Source of the DNA: Vulcanimicrobiota bacterium
GTDB taxonomy: Bacteria; Vulcanimicrobiota; Xenobia; Xenobiales; JADMJV01
Reading direction: 5' to 3'
NCBI GenBank assembly: GCA_050250895.1
Contig: JBFWNU010000007.1
Coordinates: forward strand, 64,001-128,000
DNA: 64,000 bases
Below the pieces are notes generated by a model. That model saw only the letters and a program-made list of their open reading frames with translations, made no database searches and was not told the DNA's origin. Of the stretch, positions 1 to 10,076 are shown one piece after another. The position numbers were made by a program, and so were the translations under genes. Position 1 is the first letter of the stretch, and each line of letters opens with the position of its first letter.

Positions 1-121
1 CCACCCGGCCGAAAACGCGAAAACTCGGGGTCAAGCCCTGCGATAGATAAAGGTCCGAGGCTTCGCGCTCGACCATTTCTTCTAGCAAACGACCCAGGTG
101 GGGGCGGGGAGTGACGGTCAT
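1..121 (-). CDS. 5' end of a second PilT/PilU-family ATPase, running off the left edge
   Basis: Not in the ORF track. Its ATG overlaps the TGA of the 118..1197 gene (ATGA). Translation MTVTPRPHLGRLLEEMVEREASDLYLSQGLTPSFRVFGRV matches the PilT N-terminal 'ASDLHL..G..P..RV.G' pattern. Confidence 0.75.
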   Translation of the reverse strand, partial: MTVTPRPHLGRLLEEMVEREASDLYLSQGLTPSFRVFGRV

Positions 122-1197
122 AGGGCCCATTCCATGAAAGATTCGAAACGAGCCTTCGAGTTGGCCCGCAAGAGCGCATCCCGGGGAGTGATGGCGCCCT
201 CTTGAAGGAGAGCCTCGAGCGAATGGTCCATGAGCACCATCCCCTGGCTCGAGCCGGTTTCGATAATCGAGTTGAGCTGATGGGTGCGGCTTTCGCGAAT
301 CAGGTTCGAGACGGCTGGCGTGTTGTACAGCACCTCGTTGGCCACCGCCCGCCCCGGGCCGTTGGCCCTGGCGAAGAGGTGCTGACAGATGATCCCGCGG
401 AGGCTCTCGCTGAGCATCACACGCATCAGTTGCTGCTGGCCGGAGGGGAAGGCCGACACGATACGCTCGATGGTGCTCGAGGCGCTGGAGGTGTTCATGG
501 TGGCCAGGATCAGGTGACCGGTTTCGGCCGCCGTCATGGCCATCGAGATGGTTTCGGTATCGACCAGTTCTCCGACCAGGATGACGTCGGGGGCCTGGCG
601 CAGGGCCGAGCGCAGGCCGGTGAGGTAGGTGCGGGTATCCCGTCCGACATAGCGCTGGCTGATGTGGCACTTGATGGGCCGGTGCAAGAATTCGATGGGT
701 TTTTCCAGGGTGACCACATGGCGCTGCTTGGTTTTGTTGAGGTGGTGGATCATGGCTGCCAGGGTGGTCGACTTGCCGCAACCCGAAGGGCCGGTGACCA
801 GCACCAGGCCGTGGCGGTGTTCGGCCAGTCTGTCGAGACCCTCGACCAGACCCAGGGTCTCGAGTTCGGGGGGCTTGTTGGGAATCAGGCGAAGCACGCC
901 GTCGATGCCTTTGCGTTGCACGAAAAAATTGCAGCGAAAGCGGTTGCGGTGGCCGTCGGCGCTCTGCAGGGTGAGGATGGTGTCCAGCGAGTTATGGTTA
1001 CTCAAGTGGCTGATCTGCTCTTCGGTCAGATGAGGAGAGATCATGTCCACTGTGTCGGCGGGGGACAGGCGGCGATAGTTCTGTAAACGACGGAGTTTGC
1101 CGGCCACCCGGATAATGGGGACGCTCTCGGAAGATACGTGAAGGTCGGAACCGCCCAGTTCCACCATTTCGCTAGCGAGCTTAGCTAGATCGGCCAT
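118..1197 (-). CDS. pilT: Type IV pilus twitching-motility ATPase, PilT/PilU family
   Basis: Walker A GPSGCGKST, 'TLEKPIEF', 'ALRQAPDVILVGE', 'AAETGHL', 'NLIRE' and C-terminal 'GM..MD.SL'. Confidence 0.9.
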   Translation of the reverse strand: MADLAKLASEMVELGGSDLHVSSESVPIIRVAGKLRRLQNYRRLSPADTVDMISPHLTEEQISHLSNHNSLDTILTLQSADGHRNRFRCNFFVQRKGIDGVLRLIPNKPPELETLGLVEGLDRLAEHRHGLVLVTGPSGCGKSTTLAAMIHHLNKTKQRHVVTLEKPIEFLHRPIKCHISQRYVGRDTRTYLTGLRSALRQAPDVILVGELVDTETISMAMTAAETGHLILATMNTSSASSTIERIVSAFPSGQQQLMRVMLSESLRGIICQHLFARANGPGRAVANEVLYNTPAVSNLIRESRTHQLNSIIETGSSQGMVLMDHSLEALLQEGAITPRDALLRANSKARFESFMEWAL

Positions 1198-1224
1198 CCT
1201 GGCGATTTTTCGAGGGTTGGTACC

Positions 1225-2628
1225 TTATTCCTTTGCAGCCGAAGACGGGTCGGGAACCCGATACTCCGGGGTCAAAGGGACATCCACCGGATACTCGCCA
1301 CTGGTGGCTTTCCACCAGCGCCAGCGGGCCACCTGATAGTTGGCTCGGGCCTGGGCCATGGCAAAGCGGGCCTGGGAGAGGGCCGCCTGGGCGTCGAGCA
1401 GCTCGACGTTGGTCGAAACGCCGTTCTTGTAGCGCAGTTGGGCTACTCGTAAGGCTTCCTCGGATTCCTCCACCTGCTGCTCGGAGACTTTGATGGCCTC
1501 GTAGGCGGTCTGCACAGACCGGTAGGAGTCCTCTACGTCGAGCAACACCACTCGCTGGGTCTGTTCGAAATTCTGCCGCAATTGGGTGACGGCTTCTTCG
1601 GCCTGGCGCGCCCGAGTGCGGGTCAGTCCGCCATCGAACAAGGGGATGCTCAGGACCAGGCTGGTGGTGTTCTGGGTGCCAGGAGAAAAGCCGGTGACGT
1701 TACGGTTGACGGTGCTGTTTTGGATGTCGAGGCGGGGATTGTTCTGGGCCCATGTGGCTTGGACCTGAGCCTCGGCGGCTTGAATGGCCCAGTCTAGAGC
1801 CGCCAGCTCGGGGCGCTCTTCCAGGGCCCTGGCTCGCGATTGCTCTAGACTAAATGGGGGCGGTTCGGAGGCGACGGAGGGAGCCAGCACCACCTCCTGA
1901 TCCAGACTCAGTCCCAGGGCCGAAAGGAGACGGGCTTTGGCCAGCTTGGCGTCGTTGCGGGCCTGGAGCACGGCCTGACGGGCCTGGCTGACAGCCGAGC
2001 GGTTGCGAAGCACATCGAAGCGGGCGGCCACGCCCTGTTCGAAGAGCAGTTCCGATTGTTTGAGGTTGGCTTCCTGGGAGGCCAGGGTGTCTTCGGTAAT
2101 GGCCACCTGGTCGGCCGCCAGTTCGGCCTGGATGTAGCGGACCGCCACATCCTGAATCAGTTTGTCGATTTCGTTGCGGTAGTTTTCGCGCGCGCTAAGT
2201 TCGGACAACTCGTTGGTCAGGGTCGTCCAGTGGAGACGGCCAAAGGTGAAGATGGCCTGTTTCAGGGTGAGATTGAACTGATAGTTGTCGGTAGGACTGA
2301 TCACCACCCCGCCCGGCAAGGAGACGGGGGGCTCGACATGACTGTAGGTGGCGGAAAAATCGGCGGTGGGGTAGGCCGGCGTGTAGGCTTCTTCCACCTT
2401 GTATTTGGCCTGGCGAACCCTGGAGCGATACTCCTCGAGGGTCGGGCTGTTGGCCAGGGCTCGTTCGAGAGCTTCTTGCAGGTCGAGCTGGAGCGGCGCC
2501 TCTTTGGGTGCGGTCTCGGGGCTGGGCGCGGCTTGTTCCACCACGGGAGGTTCCGGGGGCACTTCGGTCTGAGCCCAAACCGGCATCACCATCAGAATTA
2601 GTAATAACCAGGGTAAGATTCTTTTCAT
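1225..2628 (-). CDS. TolC-family outer membrane efflux protein
   Basis: Signal peptide, two OEP-like repeats ('LSIPLFDGG', 'LRYKNGVSTNVELLDAQ'); 4-bp overlap with the TetR gene. Confidence 0.9.
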   Translation of the reverse strand: MKRILPWLLLILMVMPVWAQTEVPPEPPVVEQAAPSPETAPKEAPLQLDLQEALERALANSPTLEEYRSRVRQAKYKVEEAYTPAYPTADFSATYSHVEPPVSLPGGVVISPTDNYQFNLTLKQAIFTFGRLHWTTLTNELSELSARENYRNEIDKLIQDVAVRYIQAELAADQVAITEDTLASQEANLKQSELLFEQGVAARFDVLRNRSAVSQARQAVLQARNDAKLAKARLLSALGLSLDQEVVLAPSVASEPPPFSLEQSRARALEERPELAALDWAIQAAEAQVQATWAQNNPRLDIQNSTVNRNVTGFSPGTQNTTSLVLSIPLFDGGLTRTRARQAEEAVTQLRQNFEQTQRVVLLDVEDSYRSVQTAYEAIKVSEQQVEESEEALRVAQLRYKNGVSTNVELLDAQAALSQARFAMAQARANYQVARWRWWKATSGEYPVDVPLTPEYRVPDPSSAAKE

Positions 2629-3194
2629 GCGAGTATTCCGTGCAACAGGCTGTTTACGAACTCTTCCAGGAACCCTTCATCGGGAAGTCCCGTCAGGTGG
2701 ATCATGAAGAGGACGGCCAAAAAACTGCGCGCCGTGACCTGGGTCTGGTGGGGGCGCAATTCTCCGACTTCGATTCTGCTCTGGAGATAGGCTGCCAGTT
2801 TGTCCATACACTCCTGGCGGCGTCGCTCCATTTGGGCAGCTACCGTCTCGTTGGTGCGAATCTCGCGAAAGAAGATCCAGACGACTTCCCGTCGGGCCGA
2901 GAACTCTTGCACGAGGCGCTCGGCCAGGGCCGGTAGGACCGCCGTCACCGATTGGTCCGCGGCCTCCTCGAGTTCAAGGTGAAGGGAGAGGGCGTGACGG
3001 TCCATCACCTGGGCCAGCAAGTCGTCTTTGCTGGTAAAGTAGTGATAGATCAACCCCTGAGAGACCCCGGCAGCCTGGGCCAGGGCCTTGATCGTGGTTC
3101 GCTCAACCCCCACTTCGCCAAACAGCTTGAGCGCCACATCGAGCAGTTGTTCACGCCGGCTTTCGGCTTGTTCTTCTCGCTTGGACGCACTCAT
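2625..3194 (-). CDS. TetR/AcrR-family transcriptional regulator
   Basis: N-terminal HTH 'LFGEVGVERTTIKALAQAAGVSQGLIYHYFTSKDDL'. Confidence 0.95.
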   Translation of the reverse strand: MSASKREEQAESRREQLLDVALKLFGEVGVERTTIKALAQAAGVSQGLIYHYFTSKDDLLAQVMDRHALSLHLELEEAADQSVTAVLPALAERLVQEFSARREVVWIFFREIRTNETVAAQMERRRQECMDKLAAYLQSRIEVGELRPHQTQVTARSFLAVLFMIHLTGLPDEGFLEEFVNSLLHGILA

Positions 3195-3196
3195 CT

Positions 3197-3220
3197 TGAT
3201 TGAGCGTTCACTCAGTGAAC
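3197..3220. promoter_or_regulatory. Putative TetR operator (overlapping inverted repeats)
   Basis: TGATTGAGC/GTTCACTCA imperfect palindrome at 3197-3214 and perfect GTTCACT-C-AGTGAAC at 3206-3220, lying between the promoter and the tetR start. Confidence 0.6.
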
Positions 3221-3229
3221 TTGTTTTGT

Positions 3230-3258
3230 AGTTTACTCCCCGAGATTCGGCCTGTCAA
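3230..3258 (-). promoter_or_regulatory. sigma70-type promoter of the tetR-tolC operon
   Basis: Minus strand TTGACA (3258-3253), 17 bp spacer, TAAACT (3235-3230). Confidence 0.7.
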
Positions 3259-3339
3259 CCTTTCGAGAAGGAGACCGGCCGCGCAATTGGAAACAACGAG
3301 AATGGCCGGGAAAGTCCGGCATTTTTTGGAGGTCAGGCA

Positions 3340-4650
3340 ATGGAAAACACCGCCACGGTCCCAAGGGTGCGCATCGAGGATGTCGGCAAGCACGACGGCC
3401 AGATCGTCGAGATTCCTGGCTGGGTCAACCGCCTTCGCTCCTCGGGCAAGCTGATGTTCATGCAGTTGCGCGACGGGACCGGCGTGATCCAGGGCATCAT
3501 CAATAAAAAAGAGGTGGACCCCGAGGTTTTCAGCTCGTGCAAGACGCTGGGGCAGGAAAGCGCCGTGGTCGTGAGCGGGCGGGTCAATGCCGACAGTCGG
3601 GCTCCCGGGGGATACGAGCTGCACGTCACCGACGTCAAGGTGGTCCAGGGGGTCGACGGCTACCCGATCACTCCCAAAGAGCACGGCACCGATTTTTTGA
3701 TGGACCATCGTCATCTCTGGCTGCGCTCCTCGCGGCAACACGCCATCCTCAGGATCCGGGCCCAGATCATGCGCTCGATTTGTGATTGGCTCGACGACCA
3801 CGGCTTTTTGCGGGTGGATACACCGATTCTGACCCCCGCTGCCTGCGAGGGTACGACCACCTTGTTCGAGACCGACTATTTCGAGTCGAAGGCCTATTTG
3901 GCCCAGAGCGGTCAACTCTACAACGAAGCCACGGCGGCCGCCTTCGGCAAGGTCTATTGTTTCGGTCCCACCTTCCGGGCCGAAAAATCCAAGACCCGCC
4001 GCCACCTCATGGAGTTCTGGATGTGTGAGCCCGAGATGGCTTACTGTGATTATCTCGAAAACATGGAAGTGCAAGAGCAGATGGTCAGCTATGTGGCTGA
4101 CCAGCTGTTGGCCAAACGACAGGCCGAGTTGGCCGTGCTCGAGCGCGACCTGAGCAAGCTCGAATCCATCAAGCCTCCCTTCCCCCGCATCCGCTACGAC
4201 GAAGCCGTCGAGCTATTGCGCAAGAAGGGGGCCGACTTCGAATGGGGCGGTGACTTCGGTGGCACCGACGAGACGCTGATCTCCGAGGAGTTCGGCCGCC
4301 CCGTGTTCGTGACCCATTTTCCCACCGCCATCAAAGCTTTCTACATGAAGCCCGATCCCGAGAATCCCAAGGTGGTGTTGGGCTCCGATCTGCTGGCTCC
4401 TGAGGGCTATGGCGAGATCATCGGTGGAGGAGAGCGGATCAGCGATCTGGCCCTGCTCGAGGCTCGGGTGAAAGAACACAATTTGCCTGAGGAAGCCTAC
4501 GCCTGGTATATGGACCTTCGTCGCTACGGCTCGGTGCCTCATTCAGGGTTCGGCATTGGCCTGGAACGAACCGTCAGCTGGATGTGCGGGCTCGAGCACG
4601 TGCGAGAGACGATTCCTTTCCCTCGCATGCTCTCGAGGCTCTACCCTTAG
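3340..4650 (+). CDS. asnS: Asparagine--tRNA ligase
   Basis: OB-fold N-terminus, 'YLAQSGQLY', motif 2 '[21 protein letters not shown]', motif 3 '[11 protein letters not shown]'; GGAGG upstream. Confidence 0.95.
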   Translation: MENTATVPRVRIEDVGKHDGQIVEIPGWVNRLRSSGKLMFMQLRDGTGVIQGIINKKEVDPEVFSSCKTLGQESAVVVSGRVNADSRAPGGYELHVTDVKVVQGVDGYPITPKEHGTDFLMDHRHLWLRSSRQHAILRIRAQIMRSICDWLDDHGFLRVDTPILTPAACEGTTTLFETDYFESKAYLAQSGQLYNEATAAAFGKVYCFGPTFRAEKSKTRRHLMEFWMCEPEMAYCDYLENMEVQEQMVSYVADQLLAKRQAELAVLERDLSKLESIKPPFPRIRYDEAVELLRKKGADFEWGGDFGGTDETLISEEFGRPVFVTHFPTAIKAFYMKPDPENPKVVLGSDLLAPEGYGEIIGGGERISDLALLEARVKEHNLPEEAYAWYMDLRRYGSVPHSGFGIGLERTVSWMCGLEHVRETIPFPRMLSRLYP

Positions 4651-6819
4651 GTGAACCGATTGACCAATTTTTCTGTGACGGAATTGCCTCGAGGCGGCCA
4701 ACTGGTTAGCTGGGGCGATTGGGTTGCTCAGATCGGGATCTACCCCGAGACCATCAAGGACACCATGCAGAGCCCCGAGGGGGTTCCGGCCATCTACGTC
4801 ATTCCGGCCCACATGTTTGATCTCGAGCGCGGGGTGTCGGCCGCCGAGTTGGAGTTCCCGGTCTACTGGAATTTCTACCTCAAGAACCGCAAGACGGTCT
4901 TCGTATGCCGGCCTCACCAGTTTCGCCCCATCTGGCGGGTGTTGCGCGAGGCCGTGTTCGGGCCGAGTTCGCTCTTTCTCGAGCGCGATTACCTCCACGG
5001 TGACGAGGCCGACGGCTTCCCCGACATGGCTCGCGAGATGGCCTGGTTCAAAGCCGACCCCAAGCGGCCGCGCCAGCGCTTGCAGTTGCGGGATCTGGTC
5101 GAGCCGGTGCTGTTCGACCAGGGCGGTTGCGCCCGGCTGGGCGCACACCGCATCCGGGTCACCGGTCCCGACGTTTTTCGATTCGAGCACGAGCAAGAGA
5201 GCCATGAGGTCGTCTTTCGACAAAGCGGCCTGAGCTCGCCCCCCAGCGAGAGCATCCACCGATTTCGTCCGCCGGTCTTCGGTATCACCGTGCTAGGGAG
5301 TGGTCACGGTTTTGACTCGGCTTCCAACACTTCGGGTTTTATTATCTGGTTCAACGGTCGCGGGGTGATGGTCGACCCGCCGGTCAACGCCACCGAATGG
5401 CTCAAGGAGAACGGTATCGACACGCGCATGGTGGAAGATGTCGTGCTGACCCACTGCCACGCCGACCATGACAGCGGTACCTTGCAGAAATGCCTGGAAG
5501 AGGGGCGTATTCGGCTCTTCACCACCTACACCGTGCATGAGAGCTTTTTACGCAAATACAAGGCTTTGCTCGGGATTAACTCAGCCGAGTTCGAGAATCT
5601 GTTCGACTTTGACCCCGTCACCATCGGCGAGCCCATCAACATTGCTGGCGGCGAGTTCTTCTTCCATTACAACTTCCATCCCATTCCTACGCTGGGCTTC
5701 GAAGTCGAATTCTTGGGCAAGCGCTTCGCCTATTCTTGCGACACGCTCTATCACCCCATGACCATCAACCAGCTTCATCAAGAGGGCGTGCTGAGCAAGT
5801 CGAGGGCTCGTCGCCTCAACGAGTTTCCTGCGAATTGCGATCTGATCTTTCACGAGGCCGGCATTCCTCCGATTCATACCCCGGTCGAGGTGCTGGGCGA
5901 GCTGCCCACCGAGGTGCGCGAAAAGCTCTACCTGACCCACATCACCCAAGCGTCCGTGCCCGAGGGGCTCAAGCTGGCGCCGCCCGGGGTCGAGCAGACC
6001 TTGACCTTCGACAACCTGATGCCGCCCGAGTTGGGGTTGGCCCAGCGCATGCTCGACGTACTCAACCACATGGACCTTTTCAATGACATCGAGATCGGCC
6101 GCGCCGGCGAGTTTCTGAGGATTGCCCAACACCGATCCTTCAAGGCGGGTGATGCCGTCATTCGCACCGGCGATCCGGGCGATGCCTTCTTCGTGATACT
6201 TTCGGGCGAAGCCGAAATCGTGCGCAACGCCGAGCGGATCAACGTTATCGGCCGCTACGACTATTTCGGCGAGATGGCCATCGTGCTCAACCAGACCCGC
6301 ACCGCCGATGTGATCGCTCATACCGATCTCGAAGTGTTGGCGGTGATGAAGCGCGACTTTTTGCGGTTCATCCGCGGCACTCGTCTGCTCAACACGCTAC
6401 GCCGGGTGGCCAAGAATCGCAACCACGGCAGCTGGCCGCTGCTGGCCGAGAACGCCTTTCTCAATCGCCTGACCACTTATCAGAAGACCCAGTTGGTGGC
6501 GCTAATGGAGAATCGCACCTTCGACGCCGACAAAGTGGTCCTGGGGGAAGACAAACCGGGGGTGGTCTATCTGCTCGACGAGGGTCGACTGCGTGTAACC
6601 GAGCCCGACGGTCGTCAAACGGTGGCCCGTCGCGGCGCTCTCATCGGTCGTATGGGCAAGTCGGGCAAGGTTTTTCCCTGCAAGGCGGTGACCGAATGCC
6701 AGAGTTGCGCCTATCTGTTGCCTCCCGACAGGTTCCTCAGCTTCTTCATGGCCAACCCGGGAACGTATGTTCGCTACCTGGCCCAGGTCCGCGCCCGCGG
6801 GTTGTCGGTTTTGACCTGA
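4651..6819 (+). CDS. Cyclic-nucleotide phosphodiesterase: metallo-beta-lactamase fold plus two cNMP-binding domains
   Basis: 'LGSGHGFD...TSGFIIW.NGRGVMVDPP' and 'LTHCHADHDSG'; C-terminal CNB domain 'YFGEMAI.....RTADV'. GTG start directly follows the asnS stop. Confidence 0.8.
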   Translation: MNRLTNFSVTELPRGGQLVSWGDWVAQIGIYPETIKDTMQSPEGVPAIYVIPAHMFDLERGVSAAELEFPVYWNFYLKNRKTVFVCRPHQFRPIWRVLREAVFGPSSLFLERDYLHGDEADGFPDMAREMAWFKADPKRPRQRLQLRDLVEPVLFDQGGCARLGAHRIRVTGPDVFRFEHEQESHEVVFRQSGLSSPPSESIHRFRPPVFGITVLGSGHGFDSASNTSGFIIWFNGRGVMVDPPVNATEWLKENGIDTRMVEDVVLTHCHADHDSGTLQKCLEEGRIRLFTTYTVHESFLRKYKALLGINSAEFENLFDFDPVTIGEPINIAGGEFFFHYNFHPIPTLGFEVEFLGKRFAYSCDTLYHPMTINQLHQEGVLSKSRARRLNEFPANCDLIFHEAGIPPIHTPVEVLGELPTEVREKLYLTHITQASVPEGLKLAPPGVEQTLTFDNLMPPELGLAQRMLDVLNHMDLFNDIEIGRAGEFLRIAQHRSFKAGDAVIRTGDPGDAFFVILSGEAEIVRNAERINVIGRYDYFGEMAIVLNQTRTADVIAHTDLEVLAVMKRDFLRFIRGTRLLNTLRRVAKNRNHGSWPLLAENAFLNRLTTYQKTQLVALMENRTFDADKVVLGEDKPGVVYLLDEGRLRVTEPDGRQTVARRGALIGRMGKSGKVFPCKAVTECQSCAYLLPPDRFLSFFMANPGTYVRYLAQVRARGLSVLT

Positions 6820-6893
6820 GCCGCTTTCTCTCCGGAGGATCCTGGCCACCCTCAGCCAAAGAGCATGGCCAGACAAGTTGAGAGGAAAAGAAC

Positions 6894-7643
6894 TTGGCCG
6901 GTCACTCTAAGTGGAACAACATTCGCATCCGCAAAGGCAAGGTGGATGAGAAGCGAGGCAAGCTGTTTACCAAGCTGGCTCGCGAAATCCTGATGGCTGG
7001 CAAAGACGGACCCGACCCCGAGAGCAACTTTCGCCTGTCGGTGGCCATCGCCCGCGCCAAAGAGAGCAACATGCCCAAGCACAACATCGAGCGCCTACTC
7101 GAGAAGCTGGCCGGGGCGGGCGGGGGCGACTTTGAAGAGATCACTTACGAAGGTTATGGCCCCGGCGGTGTAGCCATCATGGTCGAGGCCGCCACCGACA
7201 ATCGCAACCGCACTGCTGCCGAGGTTCGTCACCTGTTCTCGAAGAACGGTGGCAACCTGGGGGAAGGCGGTTGCGTGGCCTGGATTTTCGAAAAACGTGG
7301 CCAGATCACTGTTGCCCTGGAGAAGTCTCAGGAAGAGAGCTTGCTCATGGCGGCGCTCGAGGCCGGCGCTCTCGACATGGAGCCGGCCGACGAAGGGCTC
7401 TACACGATTTTCACCGAGCCCACCGAACTGCATCAAGTCAAGACGGCTCTCGAAGATGGGGGCGTCAAGATCAGGTCCTCAGAATTCACCATGTTGCCCA
7501 AGAACACCGTCGAAGTCGATGACGAGAACGCCCCGGCGGTGCTCAAGTTGACCGAGGCTCTCGATGATCACGACGACGTTCAGAACGTCTATGCCAACTT
7601 CGACATTTCCGACGAAGTGCTGGAAAAACTGGGGGTCGACTGA
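6894..7643 (+). CDS. yebC: YebC/PmpR-family protein
   Basis: 'MAGHSKWNNI', 'YEGYGPGG', 'TDNRNRT', 'DDVQNVYAN'; TTG start with GAGG upstream. Confidence 0.95.
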   Translation: MAGHSKWNNIRIRKGKVDEKRGKLFTKLAREILMAGKDGPDPESNFRLSVAIARAKESNMPKHNIERLLEKLAGAGGGDFEEITYEGYGPGGVAIMVEAATDNRNRTAAEVRHLFSKNGGNLGEGGCVAWIFEKRGQITVALEKSQEESLLMAALEAGALDMEPADEGLYTIFTEPTELHQVKTALEDGGVKIRSSEFTMLPKNTVEVDDENAPAVLKLTEALDDHDDVQNVYANFDISDEVLEKLGVD

Positions 7644-7657
7644 GCCTTCGCAAGGTC

Positions 7658-8131
7658 GTGCTGGGGATTGACCCGGGCACGGCCCGCACCGGCATCGGCC
7701 TCGTCGCGACCTATGACGATTGCGTCGAATATCTCGAGCACGATTGCTTCACCACCTCGCCCAAAGATAGTCGAGAAATGCGCCTGCGCCGCCTGCACGA
7801 GCAACTCGACGCTTTGCTGCAGCGGGTCCAGGTGGACCAGGTAGTGGTCGAGCAGTTATTCTTCAATCGCAATGTCAATACGGCCATGGCGGTGGGGGAG
7901 GCCCGCGGGGTGATCTTGCTGGCGGCCGCTCAGCACAATCTGCCGGTAGCCGAGTTCAACCCCGTTCAGGTCAAGGAAGCTCTGACGGGCTACGGCCACG
8001 CCAAGAAGACGGAGGTGCGGGCCATGGTCATGCTGCAGCTGGCTCTCGAGAAGCCGCCCCAACCAGACGACGCTTCCGATGCTCTGGCCATCGCGCTCAC
8101 CCATATCTATTATCAGGACTTAGGCTTGTGA
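7658..8131 (+). CDS. ruvC: Holliday junction resolvase RuvC
   Basis: 'LGIDPG', 'VEQLFF', 'ARGV', 'GYGHAKK', 'PDDASDALAIA'. Confidence 0.95.
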   Translation: MLGIDPGTARTGIGLVATYDDCVEYLEHDCFTTSPKDSREMRLRRLHEQLDALLQRVQVDQVVVEQLFFNRNVNTAMAVGEARGVILLAAAQHNLPVAEFNPVQVKEALTGYGHAKKTEVRAMVMLQLALEKPPQPDDASDALAIALTHIYYQDLGL

Positions 8132-8712
8132 TTTCTCATCTGCGCGGAGTAGCTCACCGGGTGTTGCCCGGACAACTGGTCATCGATGTAGGTGGAGTGG
8201 GCTTTTCGGTGCTCGTGCCGGACACGCTCTCGGCCCGCCTGCACGAAGGAGAAGAACTCCAGGTGGCCACCCGGCTGGTGGTGCGGCCCGAGCAGATGGT
8301 GTTGTTTGGCTTTGGCTCCAATCAAGATCGCGAGTTGTTTACCATGCTGACTTCGATCTCGGGGCTGGGGCCCAAGAGCGCGTTGGCCATCCTTTCGGGC
8401 CTGTCGGCTTGCGAGCTGGCCGCGGCCGTCCTCGAAGAAGACATCAAGACCCTGTGTGCCGTGAAGGGTATTGGCAAAAAGACGGCCCGTCGCATCATCG
8501 TCGAGCTGCAAGAGAAGATTGCGGGGCTGGCGCCTGAAGAGTTACCAGACGGCGGCGATCGCGAACTCGAGGCCGTTTCGATCCTGCAGTCGCTGGGGTG
8601 TACCGAGCAAGAGGCCCGCGACGCCGTCGCCACCGCCGTCGACTCGCTCCCTCCCGAGGCCCCCGCCGACAGGCTGGTCATGGAGGCCATGCGGGTGCTC
8701 GGCTCGGGTTAG
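8128..8712 (+). CDS. ruvA: Holliday junction branch migration protein RuvA
   Basis: 'IDVGGVGF', 'LFGF', HhH motifs 'SGLGPKSAL' and 'KGIGKKTARRIIVEL'. Confidence 0.95.
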   Translation: MISHLRGVAHRVLPGQLVIDVGGVGFSVLVPDTLSARLHEGEELQVATRLVVRPEQMVLFGFGSNQDRELFTMLTSISGLGPKSALAILSGLSACELAAAVLEEDIKTLCAVKGIGKKTARRIIVELQEKIAGLAPEELPDGGDRELEAVSILQSLGCTEQEARDAVATAVDSLPPEAPADRLVMEAMRVLGSG

Positions 8713-8759
8713 GCCTGAGCACGCAGGTTCGAGCGACGCAAGCGAGAAACCCACTCGCA

Positions 8760-10076
8760 ATGAAGGTCCGGTTCATCAACCATGCGTCGATCCTGGTCCA
8801 AGCCAACCAGATTCGCCTGCTCACCGACCCCTGGCTCTACGGTCCGGCCTTCAACAACGGTTGGGATTTGCTCTGCGAGTCGGCGATCGAGCCCGCCCAG
8901 TTCGGCTCGCTGACTCACATTTGGGTTTCGCACGAGCATCCCGATCACTTCGCACCCCGTGTCTTTCACGATGTCCCCGAAGAGATACGACCTTCGCTCA
9001 CGGTGCTCTTCCAAAAGACCGAAGACCGCAAAGTGGTTGATTTTTGTCAGAAGCTGGGCTTTCAGGTGGTTGAACTCGAGCCCCGGGTGGAGGTCGACCT
9101 GGGCGCTGGCGTAAGCGTTCGCTGTGGCACTATCGGTGACGATAGCTGGCTTTATCTCAACGATGGAAGCTCAGCACTGCTCAATCTCAACGATTGTGTC
9201 CTGGATACCGAGGCCAAGTGCCGCCAGCTCTTGCCTTTCTGCCCCCGGGTCGATATCCTGGCCACGCAGTTTAGCTATGCCAGCTGGACGGGCAACGCCG
9301 ACGACTATCTGCGCAAGCGCCGAGCCGCTCTCGAGGTCATGGCGCGCGTGGCCACCCAGGCTCGCGTCTTCAAGCCCCGTTGGGTGCTGCCGTTCGCCAG
9401 CTACGTCTGGTTTTCGCACGAGGAGAACTTTCATCTCAACGAGGGCATGACGTTTCTTGAAGAGGCCGTGCGAGTGATCGAGTGTGTGGGCTGCCAGCCG
9501 CTAATTCTCTACCCGGGCGACGAGTGGCAGGCGGGTGAGCCCCACGATCCCTGGCCAGCCGTGGCGCGCTATGGGCTTGAACTTGCCTCGCTAGCGCAAC
9601 GCCAGAAACGCGCGAGCGGCCCCTCGGTGAGCCACGAAAAGTTGGCGGAGGCGGCCGACCAGCTGGTTGGGCGGGTGCGCGATCGCAACCATCTGCCTGC
9701 CTTGCGTTTGGCCTACCGGCTCAATTTCTTCAAGCCGGTCCAACTCTATCTCACGGACCATCGCCGCGCCTATCGGCTGGATCTGCTCACCGGTCTGCAC
9801 CCGACCCCGATGGCCGCTGAGGAGTGTGACCTCTGGATGCATTCCGAGTCACTCGAATTTGCTTTGCGCTTCGAATGGGGAGCCGAGACGCTTCACGTCA
9901 ACGGTCGCTTTCGCTCGTTGGGACGGGATCGGCATTGGAACTTCTTTTCGCTCTTCCTGGTGCCTGTCCAGAACAATCACGGCCGCAGCTTTCCCTGGGG
10001 CATTCTGGCTCACTACTGGCGAGAAGGCAAGATCATCCGACAGCTGCGCCGATTGCTGCGCCTGAGGCTGCCATGA
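8760..10076 (+). CDS. MBL-fold metallo-hydrolase (UlaG / CMP-Neu5Ac-hydroxylase-like, no Rieske domain)
   Basis: Start taken at MKVRFINHAS (8760); motifs 'TDPWL.GPAF..GW', 'SHEHPDH', 'LNLNDC', 'PFAS'. Confidence 0.75.
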   Translation: MKVRFINHASILVQANQIRLLTDPWLYGPAFNNGWDLLCESAIEPAQFGSLTHIWVSHEHPDHFAPRVFHDVPEEIRPSLTVLFQKTEDRKVVDFCQKLGFQVVELEPRVEVDLGAGVSVRCGTIGDDSWLYLNDGSSALLNLNDCVLDTEAKCRQLLPFCPRVDILATQFSYASWTGNADDYLRKRRAALEVMARVATQARVFKPRWVLPFASYVWFSHEENFHLNEGMTFLEEAVRVIECVGCQPLILYPGDEWQAGEPHDPWPAVARYGLELASLAQRQKRASGPSVSHEKLAEAADQLVGRVRDRNHLPALRLAYRLNFFKPVQLYLTDHRRAYRLDLLTGLHPTPMAAEECDLWMHSESLEFALRFEWGAETLHVNGRFRSLGRDRHWNFFSLFLVPVQNNHGRSFPWGILAHYWREGKIIRQLRRLLRLRLP

